From: Tepidisphaera sp.
GTDB lineage: Bacteria > Planctomycetota > Phycisphaerae > Phycisphaerales > UBA1924
Direction of reading: 5' to 3'
Length of the DNA: 64,000 nt
Assembly: GCA_050916045.1 (NCBI GenBank)
Contig: CP051526.1
Coordinates: 3,072,001-3,136,000 of the forward strand
How positions within the stretch are numbered: the stretch's first letter is position 1; each line of letters starts with the position of its first letter. A program made the translations under genes and the position numbers. The notes below the pieces were generated by a model. The model saw nothing but the letters and a program-made list of their open reading frames with translations. It did not search any database and was not told the origin of the DNA. Below, piece after piece: positions 1 to 9,201 of the stretch.

Positions 1-2
1 CC

Positions 3-3000
3 GCCGCGTCGCCCAACCTCAAGCAAGCCCACCCCTGGATCGTGCCCCTGAACGATCCACGCGCCCCCGACGTCTCCTCCGTCGGTCGCTCGGAAGAGAC
101 GGACCTGCGCACGCTGATGGCGTGGGAGCAAGCTCCGACGAACCTCGCCCGACTTGAGGACTCCGGCGTTCGGGCCTCCCTCACCACGTCCAAGCTCAGA
201 GATCGCGGCGAGTTCCTCACCCTGCTTCGCAAAGCCGTCGACCACGGGCTTCCCAAGCAGGCCGCGCTCGCAATGGTCACCACCCGGCCGGCCGAGCTCA
301 CCGGCACCTCGGATCGTCTGGGCACCGTCGCACCCGGCAAGGTCGCCAACCTCATCGTCGCCGATCAGGAGCTCTTCGCGTCCGCTTCCACCACTCCCGA
401 CGAGTCCAAGAACGACCAAGCGAAAGAAGACGCCTCCGACAAGTCCGACTCGGAAGCTCGCAAGCCCTCCGGCACGCCCAAGATCATGTCCGTCTGGGTC
501 GAGGGCCGCCGCTTCGAGTTCGCGACCTTCTCGATCGACGTCTCCGGCATGTGGTCCGTCGAGCTTCCCGGAGCCAAAGGCCCGCCCAGCGAGCGATTCA
601 TCCAGTTCGACGGCGAACTCGGCGGCACACCGTTCAAAAGCCCCAAAGCCACGATCATCAAGGACGGCAAACGCGCCACCGCCCAGGTCAAGACCGACAG
701 CTTGAATCCCGACGGCATCACCCTCATCTTCGACCATGAACCGCTCGACAAGCAGCAGGGCATGTTCACCCTCACCGGAACTGTGCTCCGCGAAAACGGC
801 AAGCCCGCCGCCTTCGTCGGCAAGGGACTCCGACCCGACGGCCGCACGTTCGACTTCCGGTCCACACGCCTCCCCGCCGCCACCGCGATCGGCACCTGGC
901 GCGTGACCGAAGCCGACGGCGCCCTCAAAAACGCCGACGCCAAGGACCAGCTCTTCCTCACCGTCACCGCCAGCAAAGTCGACCTCAAGTTCACCAAAGC
1001 CGAGGGCGACCCGACCCTCATCTCCGCCGAGGACGTCGTCGCCGCCGGCAACCTCCTCCGCTTCCGCCACAGCCTCAAGAACCTCGGCGGCGAAGGAGAT
1101 TCCGTCGACTCCATCACCATCGACGGCGATTCGCTCATCGGCGAAAGCACCCTCCCTGACGGCTCCAAACACGCCTACAAAGCCGTCCGCGTCCAGCCCG
1201 AAGCCGAGCCCGCCCGCAAAGGCGACCGCAAGCCCAAGTTCGACGACAAGCTCGTCGGCCGCTGGCGCATCACGCTCATCGACGGCCAGCCCAACCCCGA
1301 TCGCGGGACCCTCCACATCAAATCCGACGGCAAGGTCGTACTCAACGGCCGCGGTCGCATCGTCGCACCGACGGAAGCATCGCTCGACGATTCGAAGCTA
1401 ACCTACACCGTCGACCTCAAGTCCTACGGCGGCGAGGGCGAGATCAAGTCGAGCGCCTCCCTCAAGGACGGCGCGCTCGAAGGCACCATGACGCTCACGA
1501 ACGGCCGCGCGGTCATGTGGCGTGCCGAACGCCAGCCCGGCAATCCCGATGTGCTCGCCGACATCCCCGAAACCATCCCCGTCCCGTTCCAGGCGTACGG
1601 CACGCTCCCGCCCGCGTTTGGCTCCGGCGAAGAACCCGACACGGTCATCCGCAACGCAACCGTCTGGACGCTTGGTCCAAAGAACACCCTCAAGGACGCC
1701 ACCGTCGCGATCGCAAGCGGCAAGATCGTCTTCGTCGGCACCGCCGATGAGTTCGGCGCATGGCTCCAGAAGGGCGTCAGGCTCCGCCAGCCCTGGCGCG
1801 AGATCGACGCCAAGGGCAAGCACGTGACACCCGGCATCATCGACTGCCACTCGCACACCGGCCTCCGCAACGCGAACGAATCCGGCCGCGCCGTCACCAG
1901 CATGGTCCGCATCGAGGATGAGCTCAACCCCGACGACATCAACTGGTACCGCCAGCTCGCCGGCGGCGTCACCGCCGTCAACAACCTCCACGGCTCCGCC
2001 AACTCCATCGGCGGCCAGAACACCATCACCAAACTCCGCTGGGGCGTCGTCGATCCCCTCGGCATGAAAATGACCGAAGCCGCGCCGGGCATCAAGTTCG
2101 CCCTCGGCGAGAACCCCAAACGCGGCAACTCCGGCAACCAAAGCACCTACCGCTATCCGCAGACCCGCATGGGCGTGGAAGCCCAGATCCGTGACCGCTT
2201 CCACGCCGCCAGGGAGTACGCCGCCGCTCGCGCCAAGGACCCCAAGCACCCGCGTGACCTCGAACTCGAGCCCCTCGCCGAGATCCTCGCCGGCACGCGC
2301 CTCGTCCACTGCCACAGCTACCGGCAGGACGAGATCCTCATGCTCTCCCATGTCGCCCGCGACTTTGGATTCAAGATCGGAACCTACCAGCACATCCTCG
2401 AGGGCTACAAGGTCGCCGAAGCCCTGAAGGAACACTCCGGCGGAGCCTCGGGCTTCTCCGACTGGTGGGCTTTCAAGGTCGAGGTGCAGGACGCCATCCC
2501 CTTCGCGTTCCCGCTCATGCACCGCGTCGGCGTCCTCTGCTCCTTCAACTCCGACGACTCCGAACTCGCACGCCGCCTCAACACCGAAGCCGCGAAAGCC
2601 GTCAAGTACGGCCGCCTCTCCGACGAGGAAGCCCTCGCGTTCGTCACCCTCAACCCCGCCAAGCAGCTCAAGATCGACGCCTTCGTCGGAAGCGTCGAGG
2701 AGGGCAAGCAAGCCGACCTGGTCGTCTGGTCCGGCCATCCGCTCTCTTCGCTCACCCGATGCGAGCGCACCTTCGTCGACGGCGTGCAACGCTTCTCGAT
2801 CGAGCAGGACGCCCACCTCCGAGCCCAGAACGCGGCCGACCGTGAACGCATCACGCAGAAGCTCCTCAAGGACAAGTCCGACCGCTCGTCTTCCGCCGGG
2901 CCCCGCACCGGCGGCGGAGGAGGAAGCAGACGTCGCCCGACCGAGGAATCCGGCAAGGATGCCGGGGGTGGCCGCGGCGAGTGCGGCACGGAAGAGATCA

Positions 3001-3029
3001 AGACCAGCACGATGGAGGCCGCACGATGA
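3..3029 (+). CDS. Multi-domain amidohydrolase family protein, 5'-truncated by the window edge
   Basis: Frame is open from position 3. It shows the end of one amidohydrolase domain (T..PA..G..DRLGTVAPGKVANL), a beta-rich insert, then a complete domain (TPGIIDCHSH, KFALGENPK, HCHSYR, QHILEG, NSDD, GSVEEGKQADLV). Confidence 0.85.
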   Translation, partial: AASPNLKQAHPWIVPLNDPRAPDVSSVGRSEETDLRTLMAWEQAPTNLARLEDSGVRASLTTSKLRDRGEFLTLLRKAVDHGLPKQAALAMVTTRPAELTGTSDRLGTVAPGKVANLIVADQELFASASTTPDESKNDQAKEDASDKSDSEARKPSGTPKIMSVWVEGRRFEFATFSIDVSGMWSVELPGAKGPPSERFIQFDGELGGTPFKSPKATIIKDGKRATAQVKTDSLNPDGITLIFDHEPLDKQQGMFTLTGTVLRENGKPAAFVGKGLRPDGRTFDFRSTRLPAATAIGTWRVTEADGALKNADAKDQLFLTVTASKVDLKFTKAEGDPTLISAEDVVAAGNLLRFRHSLKNLGGEGDSVDSITIDGDSLIGESTLPDGSKHAYKAVRVQPEAEPARKGDRKPKFDDKLVGRWRITLIDGQPNPDRGTLHIKSDGKVVLNGRGRIVAPTEASLDDSKLTYTVDLKSYGGEGEIKSSASLKDGALEGTMTLTNGRAVMWRAERQPGNPDVLADIPETIPVPFQAYGTLPPAFGSGEEPDTVIRNATVWTLGPKNTLKDATVAIASGKIVFVGTADEFGAWLQKGVRLRQPWREIDAKGKHVTPGIIDCHSHTGLRNANESGRAVTSMVRIEDELNPDDINWYRQLAGGVTAVNNLHGSANSIGGQNTITKLRWGVVDPLGMKMTEAAPGIKFALGENPKRGNSGNQSTYRYPQTRMGVEAQIRDRFHAAREYAAARAKDPKHPRDLELEPLAEILAGTRLVHCHSYRQDEILMLSHVARDFGFKIGTYQHILEGYKVAEALKEHSGGASGFSDWWAFKVEVQDAIPFAFPLMHRVGVLCSFNSDDSELARRLNTEAAKAVKYGRLSDEEALAFVTLNPAKQLKIDAFVGSVEEGKQADLVVWSGHPLSSLTRCERTFVDGVQRFSIEQDAHLRAQNAADRERITQKLLKDKSDRSSSAGPRTGGGGGSRRRPTEESGKDAGGGRGECGTEEIKTSTMEAAR

Positions 3030-4399
3030 AACTCAGCGCATTGACGCTTACGTTCGCTCTCACGGCCGCCGCCTTCGGCCAGGACCTCACCCGCGTCTCC
3101 CCGCCGCAGACCCGGATGGTCATCATCAAGGGCGGCACGGTCCACACCGTCGCCAACGGCACGATCGAGAACGGAGCGGTGATCTTCGCCGAGGGCAAGC
3201 TCACCAGCGTCTACACCGCCAAGGAAGCCGAAGACTTCCTCGCTTCGGCACGCTTCGCCGCGCCGGGGCCGGAGATCATCGACGCGACGGGCAAGCACAT
3301 CTACCCGGGCCTCATCGCGCCCCAATCCGCGATCGGCATCACCGACATCGCCGCCCTCCGTCAGCCACGCGACGCCGACGAAACCGGCGACTTCACCCCC
3401 GAGGTCGTCCCCGCCCACGCGGTGAACCCGGACTCGTGGTTCCTCCCCGTCGCCCGCGCCGGCGGCGTCTTTGCGGCCGGCCTCTTTCCTCAGGGCGGCA
3501 CCGTGCCCGGACAGGTCAGCGTCATCCGCATGCACGGCTGGACCAACGACGACCTCACGGTCGCCGGCTCGGCGGGAATCGTTCTCGCCTGGCCCAACGT
3601 CAGGTCCGACACCACCCCGGCCGATCGCGGCAGCGGCGAGGGCCGCCAGGACACGCCCGCCCCGCGCGATGAAGCTCGCCCGCTCGACAGAATCGCCGAG
3701 CTCCTCGACAAAGCCCGCTCCTACGACGCCGAACGCACCGCATACGCCGATCGCTCGATCGACCTCCGCTGGGAAGCCATGCGGCCCCTCTTTGCAAACC
3801 CCGAAGACCGCGTGAACGGCGCCCGCGTCTTCGTCCTCGCGTCCGACGTCGACCAGATCACTTCCGCCGTCGCTTTCCTCGCCGAACGCAAGCTCCGCAC
3901 CGTCATCGTCGGCGGCCGCGACGCTCTCCTCGCCGCCGAACTCCTCAAGAAGCACGACGTCCCCGTCATCATCGACAACGTCAACCGCATGCCCCGCCGA
4001 AGCGACTCGCCCTACGACGAAGCGTTCCGCCTCCCCAAAGCCCTCAAGGACGCCGGCATCCGCTTCTGCATCGCAAGCGGCGAGGAACCCGCCAACGAAC
4101 GCAACCTCCCCCACTACGCCGGCACCGCCGCCGCCTACGGCCTCGACCAGACCGACGCCGTGAAGGCCATCACACAGTGGCCGGCCGAAATCCTCGGCGT
4201 CGGCGACCAGCTCGGCACCCTGCAAACAGGCCGCCCCGCGACGCTCATGATCGCCGACGGCAACATCCTCGAAGTCACCACCCGCGTCGAACGAGGCTGG
4301 ATCGACGGCCGAGCCCTCGACCTCTCGACCAAGCAGACCGAACTGCTCAAGAAGTACGAGGAGAAGTACAAGCAGAACGGGATGCTGAAGGACAAGTAA
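3026..4399 (+). CDS. Secreted amidohydrolase-family partner subunit (metal-binding HxH appears absent)
   Basis: ATGA overlap with the upstream stop; signal peptide; DATGKHIYPGLI, ERNLP, AITQWPAEILGV..LGTLQTGRPATL motifs. Confidence 0.85.
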   Translation: MKLSALTLTFALTAAAFGQDLTRVSPPQTRMVIIKGGTVHTVANGTIENGAVIFAEGKLTSVYTAKEAEDFLASARFAAPGPEIIDATGKHIYPGLIAPQSAIGITDIAALRQPRDADETGDFTPEVVPAHAVNPDSWFLPVARAGGVFAAGLFPQGGTVPGQVSVIRMHGWTNDDLTVAGSAGIVLAWPNVRSDTTPADRGSGEGRQDTPAPRDEARPLDRIAELLDKARSYDAERTAYADRSIDLRWEAMRPLFANPEDRVNGARVFVLASDVDQITSAVAFLAERKLRTVIVGGRDALLAAELLKKHDVPVIIDNVNRMPRRSDSPYDEAFRLPKALKDAGIRFCIASGEEPANERNLPHYAGTAAAYGLDQTDAVKAITQWPAEILGVGDQLGTLQTGRPATLMIADGNILEVTTRVERGWIDGRALDLSTKQTELLKKYEEKYKQNGMLKDK

Positions 4400-4417
4400 C
4401 CACCGAGCAGGAACAAC

Positions 4418-4443
4418 GAGCCCCGAGCGCCAGCGAGCGGGTC
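4418..4443 (+). repeat. REP-like short extragenic element, copy 1
   Basis: GAGCCCCGAGCGCCAGCGAGCGGGTC shares the GCGCCAGCGAG core and flanks with 33341-33363. Confidence 0.45.
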
Positions 4444-4562
4444 CCAACGCTCGGTCTGCGGTGCAAACGGGCACGATGCCGATGCGCGAGCCCGCACGAG
4501 CGTGAACCTTCCGTGAGCGGCGGACCGGGAACGACGATCAACGGCGGGATCGGTGGCGTCGG

Positions 4563-5828
4563 TTGACCGACGGGCCGGGGTTCCTGGGCCCACGGAGTGG
4601 CCCGATTGGATACCCTCACTCCGTGAGAACGGGTCAACTCCACATTTGGCAGAACGGCTCCAAGCGGCGAACGGGAACTCCTCGCTTGGCCGAGTTCTTC
4701 GCGGGAATCGGGCTCGTGCGCATGGGACTGGAGGCGCGAGGTTGGTCGCTCGCATTCGCCAACGACATCGACCCCGAAAAGCGCGAGCAGTACGACACGC
4801 ACTTTGGAGACGCTGACGACCACTTCCACTTGGGCGACGTTCACGCGATCGCAGGCGACGATGTTCCAGACGTGGAACTGGCGACGGCTTCCTTCCCCTG
4901 CACGGACCTCTCGCTCGCCGGAGGCCGCGCCGGGCTGAACAAAGGGGTCCAGTCTTCGGCGTTCTGGGGATTCGTTGACGTGCTTCGGAAAATGGGGAAT
5001 CGCCGCCCGCCTGTGGTCATGTTGGAGAACGTCGTCGGATTCCTGACCTCGCACGGCGGCAAGGACTTTCGGTCCGCGATGGAAGCTCTCAACAAACTAG
5101 GGTACTCCGTCGATCCGTTCATCCTCGATGCGAAGTGGTTCGTCCCCCAGAGTCGGCCCCGGCTCTTCGTGGTTGCGTCCGCCCTCGCCGATCCGTCCGC
5201 GGGTCGCTCGATCACCGAGTGTCGGATTCGGCCTTCGCTTTTACGAGAATTCGTCATCTCTCACTCGGACATTAACTGGCGCATCCGTCCACTGCCAGAG
5301 CCCCCCCCGCGTTCAGAGAAGACCCTCGCCGACATCCTCGAAGATCTGCCGGACACCGCGCCGGAATGGTGGAGCAAAGACCGGGCGGACTACCTCTACG
5401 GTCAGTTCTCCGAACGCCACCGGGGCATTGCGGACGCGATGATCGCGAAGCGGCGATGGTCCTACGCGACGGTCTTCCGACGCGTGCGTGTACAAGCCGA
5501 CGGAACGAAGCGTTCGATGGGCGAGTTGCGCACCGACGGCATCGCGGGATGCCTCCGAACTCCCAAGGGCGGCAGCGGGCGTCAGATCCTCTTCAAGGCC
5601 GGATACGGACGCTACGCGGCCCGACTTCTCACCCCGCGCGAGTGCGCCCGTCTCATGGGCGCGGACGAATTCCGCATCGTCGGCCCGGACAACCGAGCAT
5701 ACTTCGGGTTCGGTGATGCCGTGTGCGTGCCTGCGATTTCGTGGATTGCGGACCACTACCTGAATCCTCTGCTCCGGGCGGCAAGAGCCCAGTTGCAGCA
5801 GGCTGGAGGACAATTGCTCAATGGATGA
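4563..5828 (+). CDS. dcm: DNA (cytosine-5) methyltransferase (start uncertain)
   Basis: Motif I EFFAGIG, motif IV SFPCTDLS, motif VI LENVVG, motif VIII PQSRPR, motif IX RLLTPRECARLMG, motif X FGDAV. Confidence 0.93.
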   Translation: MTDGPGFLGPRSGPIGYPHSVRTGQLHIWQNGSKRRTGTPRLAEFFAGIGLVRMGLEARGWSLAFANDIDPEKREQYDTHFGDADDHFHLGDVHAIAGDDVPDVELATASFPCTDLSLAGGRAGLNKGVQSSAFWGFVDVLRKMGNRRPPVVMLENVVGFLTSHGGKDFRSAMEALNKLGYSVDPFILDAKWFVPQSRPRLFVVASALADPSAGRSITECRIRPSLLREFVISHSDINWRIRPLPEPPPRSEKTLADILEDLPDTAPEWWSKDRADYLYGQFSERHRGIADAMIAKRRWSYATVFRRVRVQADGTKRSMGELRTDGIAGCLRTPKGGSGRQILFKAGYGRYAARLLTPRECARLMGADEFRIVGPDNRAYFGFGDAVCVPAISWIADHYLNPLLRAARAQLQQAGGQLLNG

Positions 5829-6771
5829 TTCGCGTCTCCGCAAGTTCATCGACGAGCGATTCCGCCACAGCGGAACTTTGGTGCCAGCACGATTGCAGAC
5901 CGCGATGGCGCTCGTAGAGGCGATGCGTAACGCCGAGAGCACCCGCCTCGAACACTACCTAACCGAGTCTGGCGCGTCGCTCCGTTCTCACGAGACGCTC
6001 GGTCGGGCTGCACACGACCGAATTGGGATGTCCGCCGTGCGTTCCATCCACGGTCGTCGCTCCAACAATGTTCAGGAGTGGGGCCAGAGCTTCATTGACC
6101 TTGTCGTAGAGCTTTGTGGTGACTCCGAGACCGATGAGCAGCGACTGCAGAAGCTCGACCTCATTCAAAGGGTGGTCGCCGAGCCCCTTCGCGCCCGACT
6201 GGGCGAGAAGCCGATGCTCACTCGTTTACGCGGAAAGACTGCGAAGGCCGTGGTCGATGACATCCTGCGACTGGCCGACAAGCGAGGCAACGCGGCCGCC
6301 GTCGCGCAGTGCCTAGTGGGGGCCAAGCTCATGCTCCGGTTCCCCCAACATAGAAACTTGATCAGCGTCGTCCGCTACAATCAAGGCGACAGAACTCCGA
6401 ACGCGCGTGCGGGCGACCGCCGGGGCGACTTCGATGTGCTAGCCAATGTCTTCGAAGTGACGATCGGGCCGCCCGACCAGAAGCACTTCGAGCAGGCTGA
6501 ACGTGTACTCAAGGACCTTGAGGCGCGTTTTTGGCTTATCGTTCGAGAGGACAGGTTGCAGTTCTGGATCGACGAGGCTGGGCGACGCTTGGCGAACATG
6601 GACCGTCTTCACATCACGTCGGTGCAAGGTTTCGTGGGCCAGAATGTGTCCGAGGTCGGGGGACTTTCCACTGACGGCGAGTTCCGGGCCCTCGTTGAGT
6701 TGATTAGACTGTACAATGAAGTTTGGGTCGCAAAAGCGGGCGACTCCAGCATGCTTGTCGAAGCTATTTGA
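5821..6771 (+). CDS. DUF4928-like putative restriction endonuclease
   Basis: Overlaps the MTase stop. AVAQCLVGAKLMLRFP, RRGDF..FEVT (PD-(D/E)xK-like) and FVGQNVSE motifs resemble the DUF4928 family. Confidence 0.65.
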   Translation: MDDSRLRKFIDERFRHSGTLVPARLQTAMALVEAMRNAESTRLEHYLTESGASLRSHETLGRAAHDRIGMSAVRSIHGRRSNNVQEWGQSFIDLVVELCGDSETDEQRLQKLDLIQRVVAEPLRARLGEKPMLTRLRGKTAKAVVDDILRLADKRGNAAAVAQCLVGAKLMLRFPQHRNLISVVRYNQGDRTPNARAGDRRGDFDVLANVFEVTIGPPDQKHFEQAERVLKDLEARFWLIVREDRLQFWIDEAGRRLANMDRLHITSVQGFVGQNVSEVGGLSTDGEFRALVELIRLYNEVWVAKAGDSSMLVEAI

Positions 6772-6793
6772 TCGCGGCAGAAGGAGAGTTGGC

Positions 6794-7015
6794 GTGCCCA
6801 AGTCAAAGGACAAACTCATTAACTGGCCCAATGGTCGAGATCCGACCGCGATTCGACACTTCCTCGCGAACGCGAGGAGTCGCATGACACTAGGCGAAGT
6901 CGCGGAGTATGAGGAGACAGGCGTCCTCATCGCTGAGGTGCTTCGCAAGCATGGACTAGATCCAACAACGAAACTTCCCCACAAGCGACAATTCGAGACC
7001 TCTTTGGAGAAGTAG
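6794..7015 (+). CDS. Small hypothetical protein (73 aa)
   Basis: AAGGAG at 6781 ahead of GTG 6794; lies between the nuclease and vsr. Confidence 0.5.
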   Translation: MPKSKDKLINWPNGRDPTAIRHFLANARSRMTLGEVAEYEETGVLIAEVLRKHGLDPTTKLPHKRQFETSLEK

Positions 7016-7019
7016 GTAG

Positions 7020-7460
7020 GTAGACAGCTTCACGCCCGGGTAGCGGCCCCGACGATGCGGGGCGTGCGTTCGAGGGACGCTGCCCACGAAAAGATGGTTC
7101 GCTCAGTCGCCCACCGTCTCCGCTACCGCTTCAGGCTCTCCGATTGCCGACTCCCGGGAACGCCTGGCCTCATCTTCCATCGCCTCCGCGCTGCCTACTT
7201 CGTCCCCGGATGCTTCCGGCACCAAAAAGAATACGCCCGGGAACCGCGCGTGCCGAGGTTGAACCAGCGATCCTGGCGGGAGAAGTTGGGACGCAACACG
7301 CAACGCGACACCGAAGCGACTCGATCGCTACGCCGCTTGGGATGGCGCGTGCTCTTAATTCGGTGAATGCCAAACTCGCGATGCGGAACGTTTTCGCTCA
7401 CGCATCGCGAAGTGTCTTCGGTCCACCGATTGGCGACTGGATCAGGCTCCGAGGCCTTAG
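7020..7460 (+). pseudogene. vsr: Very-short-patch repair endonuclease pseudogene
   Basis: Vsr-like VDSFTPG*R then frameshift into MRGVRSRD, YRFRL..LPGTPG, FVPGCFRH, N..RD, LGWRVLLI, then another frameshift into ECQ. Confidence 0.8.
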
Positions 7461-7587
7461 CGGCAACATCCCCAAGTACGAATGGGGGTTTCCACTTCGG
7501 ACTCTAGACTTCGTGAGACCTTTTTCTGGAGCCAGATGTGTAGAGCCGAGACCCTGAACTGGGCAGTCGGTGGCGATGGGCTTCGCA

Positions 7588-7610
7588 TTCCTGTCGCCTA
7601 CCGACAGGAA
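7588..7610. promoter_or_regulatory. Perfect 9-bp inverted repeat upstream of the dual-OB gene
   Basis: TTCCTGTCG-cctac-CGACAGGAA, with TACAAT about 35 nt downstream. Confidence 0.35.
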
Positions 7611-7677
7611 ACCGATCTCCGACGAATCCACCCCAACCCTTGCCGTACAATGACGGGCATCGAACGAGGACGTTCCA

Positions 7678-8424
7678 ATGGAGTACAAGCGGCTAATCGT
7701 CTTGGCGAACTCAATGAAGAAAGACGGTCGCTGTGTCGCGGGCCGCATGCTCTCGACCGAGACGCCGCCAAGCCTCCTCGGGTGGTGTCGTCCAATCAGC
7801 GACAAGGGGGAGGGCGAGCTTTCTCCGCGCCACATGACGATTGAGGGGAATCCCGTCCTGACTCCGCTCGACGTGGTGGATGTCCCGGTTGCTCGCTATG
7901 CAAGCAATGCAGCACATCCCGAGGACTGGATCGTTTCGGGCGGGAAGTGGAAACCGGTAAAGACGTTGCCTTCAAAGGTGCTACCTCGATTGGTCGAGGC
8001 ACCCGAGAGCCTTTGGCTTGAAGACGCCAATCACTCGGATCGGGTCTCGCCAGCCTTCTTCCAGCATGCCAACGACCACCAGTCCCTTCATCTGATACGT
8101 CCTAGCAATCTCCGCCTACGCCTCTGGCGAGAGTTCAACCAGTACAAGGGGTACAACCAGAAGAAGACGCGAGTACTCTTTCGACAGTACATCGACCGTC
8201 ACAAGACCGGAGCATATCTAGGCGAGGACGGCAAGCAGTGCGATGTGCCGATCATCTGTGAAGCAGCGACGGTCTACCGCACCTCGCTGGAGACAATCAA
8301 GATGAAGCTCGAATTGATGGCTCTTGGTGTGACGTTTGTTGGTCGCGAAGCGAGTATCGGCCACAAACGCGGCGGAGGCGCGTTGCCAGTGAATCGGTTC
8401 AAGCAGCGCAAGCGTCGTCGCTGA
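7678..8424 (+). CDS. Dual-OB-domain-like protein, apparently truncated and fused to an unrelated tail
   Basis: N-terminal KRLIVLANSMKKDGRCVAG..WCRPIS..G.L, PLDVVDV, HPEDW, SLHLIRP; resemblance ends near KTRVLFR (~8185). Confidence 0.6.
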   Translation: MEYKRLIVLANSMKKDGRCVAGRMLSTETPPSLLGWCRPISDKGEGELSPRHMTIEGNPVLTPLDVVDVPVARYASNAAHPEDWIVSGGKWKPVKTLPSKVLPRLVEAPESLWLEDANHSDRVSPAFFQHANDHQSLHLIRPSNLRLRLWREFNQYKGYNQKKTRVLFRQYIDRHKTGAYLGEDGKQCDVPIICEAATVYRTSLETIKMKLELMALGVTFVGREASIGHKRGGGALPVNRFKQRKRRR

Positions 8425-8546
8425 GCCATTCGCCTTTTCGCCGTCGCTTCGGTAACCCGAGGAGATGGCCTTTCCAAAGCCCCGTCACAACAGGAAGCCC
8501 TGACGTTTCAGCGGTGGTTGTGGCATTGACTGTGAAGGAGTTCTCG

Positions 8547-9140
8547 ATGAACGGCAGCCGGTTGACCAATGCGGAACTGAAGAACGTTGTTCTGACCGTG
8601 GCCAAGAGTGACATGCCGAATCCGAAGGATGGAACGTTGCTCGGTGATGCGATGTCTCGTCTTACCACGCCTCCGTCAGCCGCACGCAGCAAGAGACCGC
8701 TTGTTACAGATCCATGGGTCAAGAAGCAGGCTCGTGTGCTGGCTACTGGAATGGGCTTTGACAGTCTGTTTGCGTATCGTCACAAGGAACGATGTGGTAT
8801 CGGAACCGACTACTGCGAGATCGATGTGTCTTTCTGTGACCGGAGGTATAAGTTTGCTACGTCGATGAATTCGATGCCTGACTTCGGAGGTGCGGTGTAT
8901 GTCGGTGACATCAAGCAGGTGGAATGGGTGTCTGCCCAGTGGCAAAATGGACATCAGGTGACAGACTCGGGGGGCCTGACCGCGATCAAGGACAACGATC
9001 CGGACATCAATCACTTGATTCAGAGTGGCCAGATCGAGTTGCTCATGCGTGCCTGCCACAAGACGTATTTCGACAGACAGGACAAACTCGTCAAGAGACT
9101 CAGCAAGCAGAAAGAAAGAGGGGTCTATCCACAGAGATGA
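8547..9140 (+). CDS. Hypothetical protein (island orphan)
   Basis: AAGGAG RBS before ATG 8547; 197-aa ORF; no recognised motif. Confidence 0.6.
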   Translation: MNGSRLTNAELKNVVLTVAKSDMPNPKDGTLLGDAMSRLTTPPSAARSKRPLVTDPWVKKQARVLATGMGFDSLFAYRHKERCGIGTDYCEIDVSFCDRRYKFATSMNSMPDFGGAVYVGDIKQVEWVSAQWQNGHQVTDSGGLTAIKDNDPDINHLIQSGQIELLMRACHKTYFDRQDKLVKRLSKQKERGVYPQR

Positions 9141-9201
9141 TTCGAGCCGGTCGTCGTCGAGCCATGCATCGGGTTCCGAGTGAACAGCCACCGGAGATCG
9201 A

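Noticed and set aside
1398..4474. Long minus-strand ORFs (472 and 689 aa) and similar shadows across the window
   Set aside because: Antisense to well-supported genes, with no motifs of their own.
4513..4532. Possible att copy of the tRNA-Asp 3' end (GCGGCGGACCGGGAACG vs GAGGCGGACGGGACTCG)
   Set aside because: Short, gapped and GC-rich; expected by chance in this composition.
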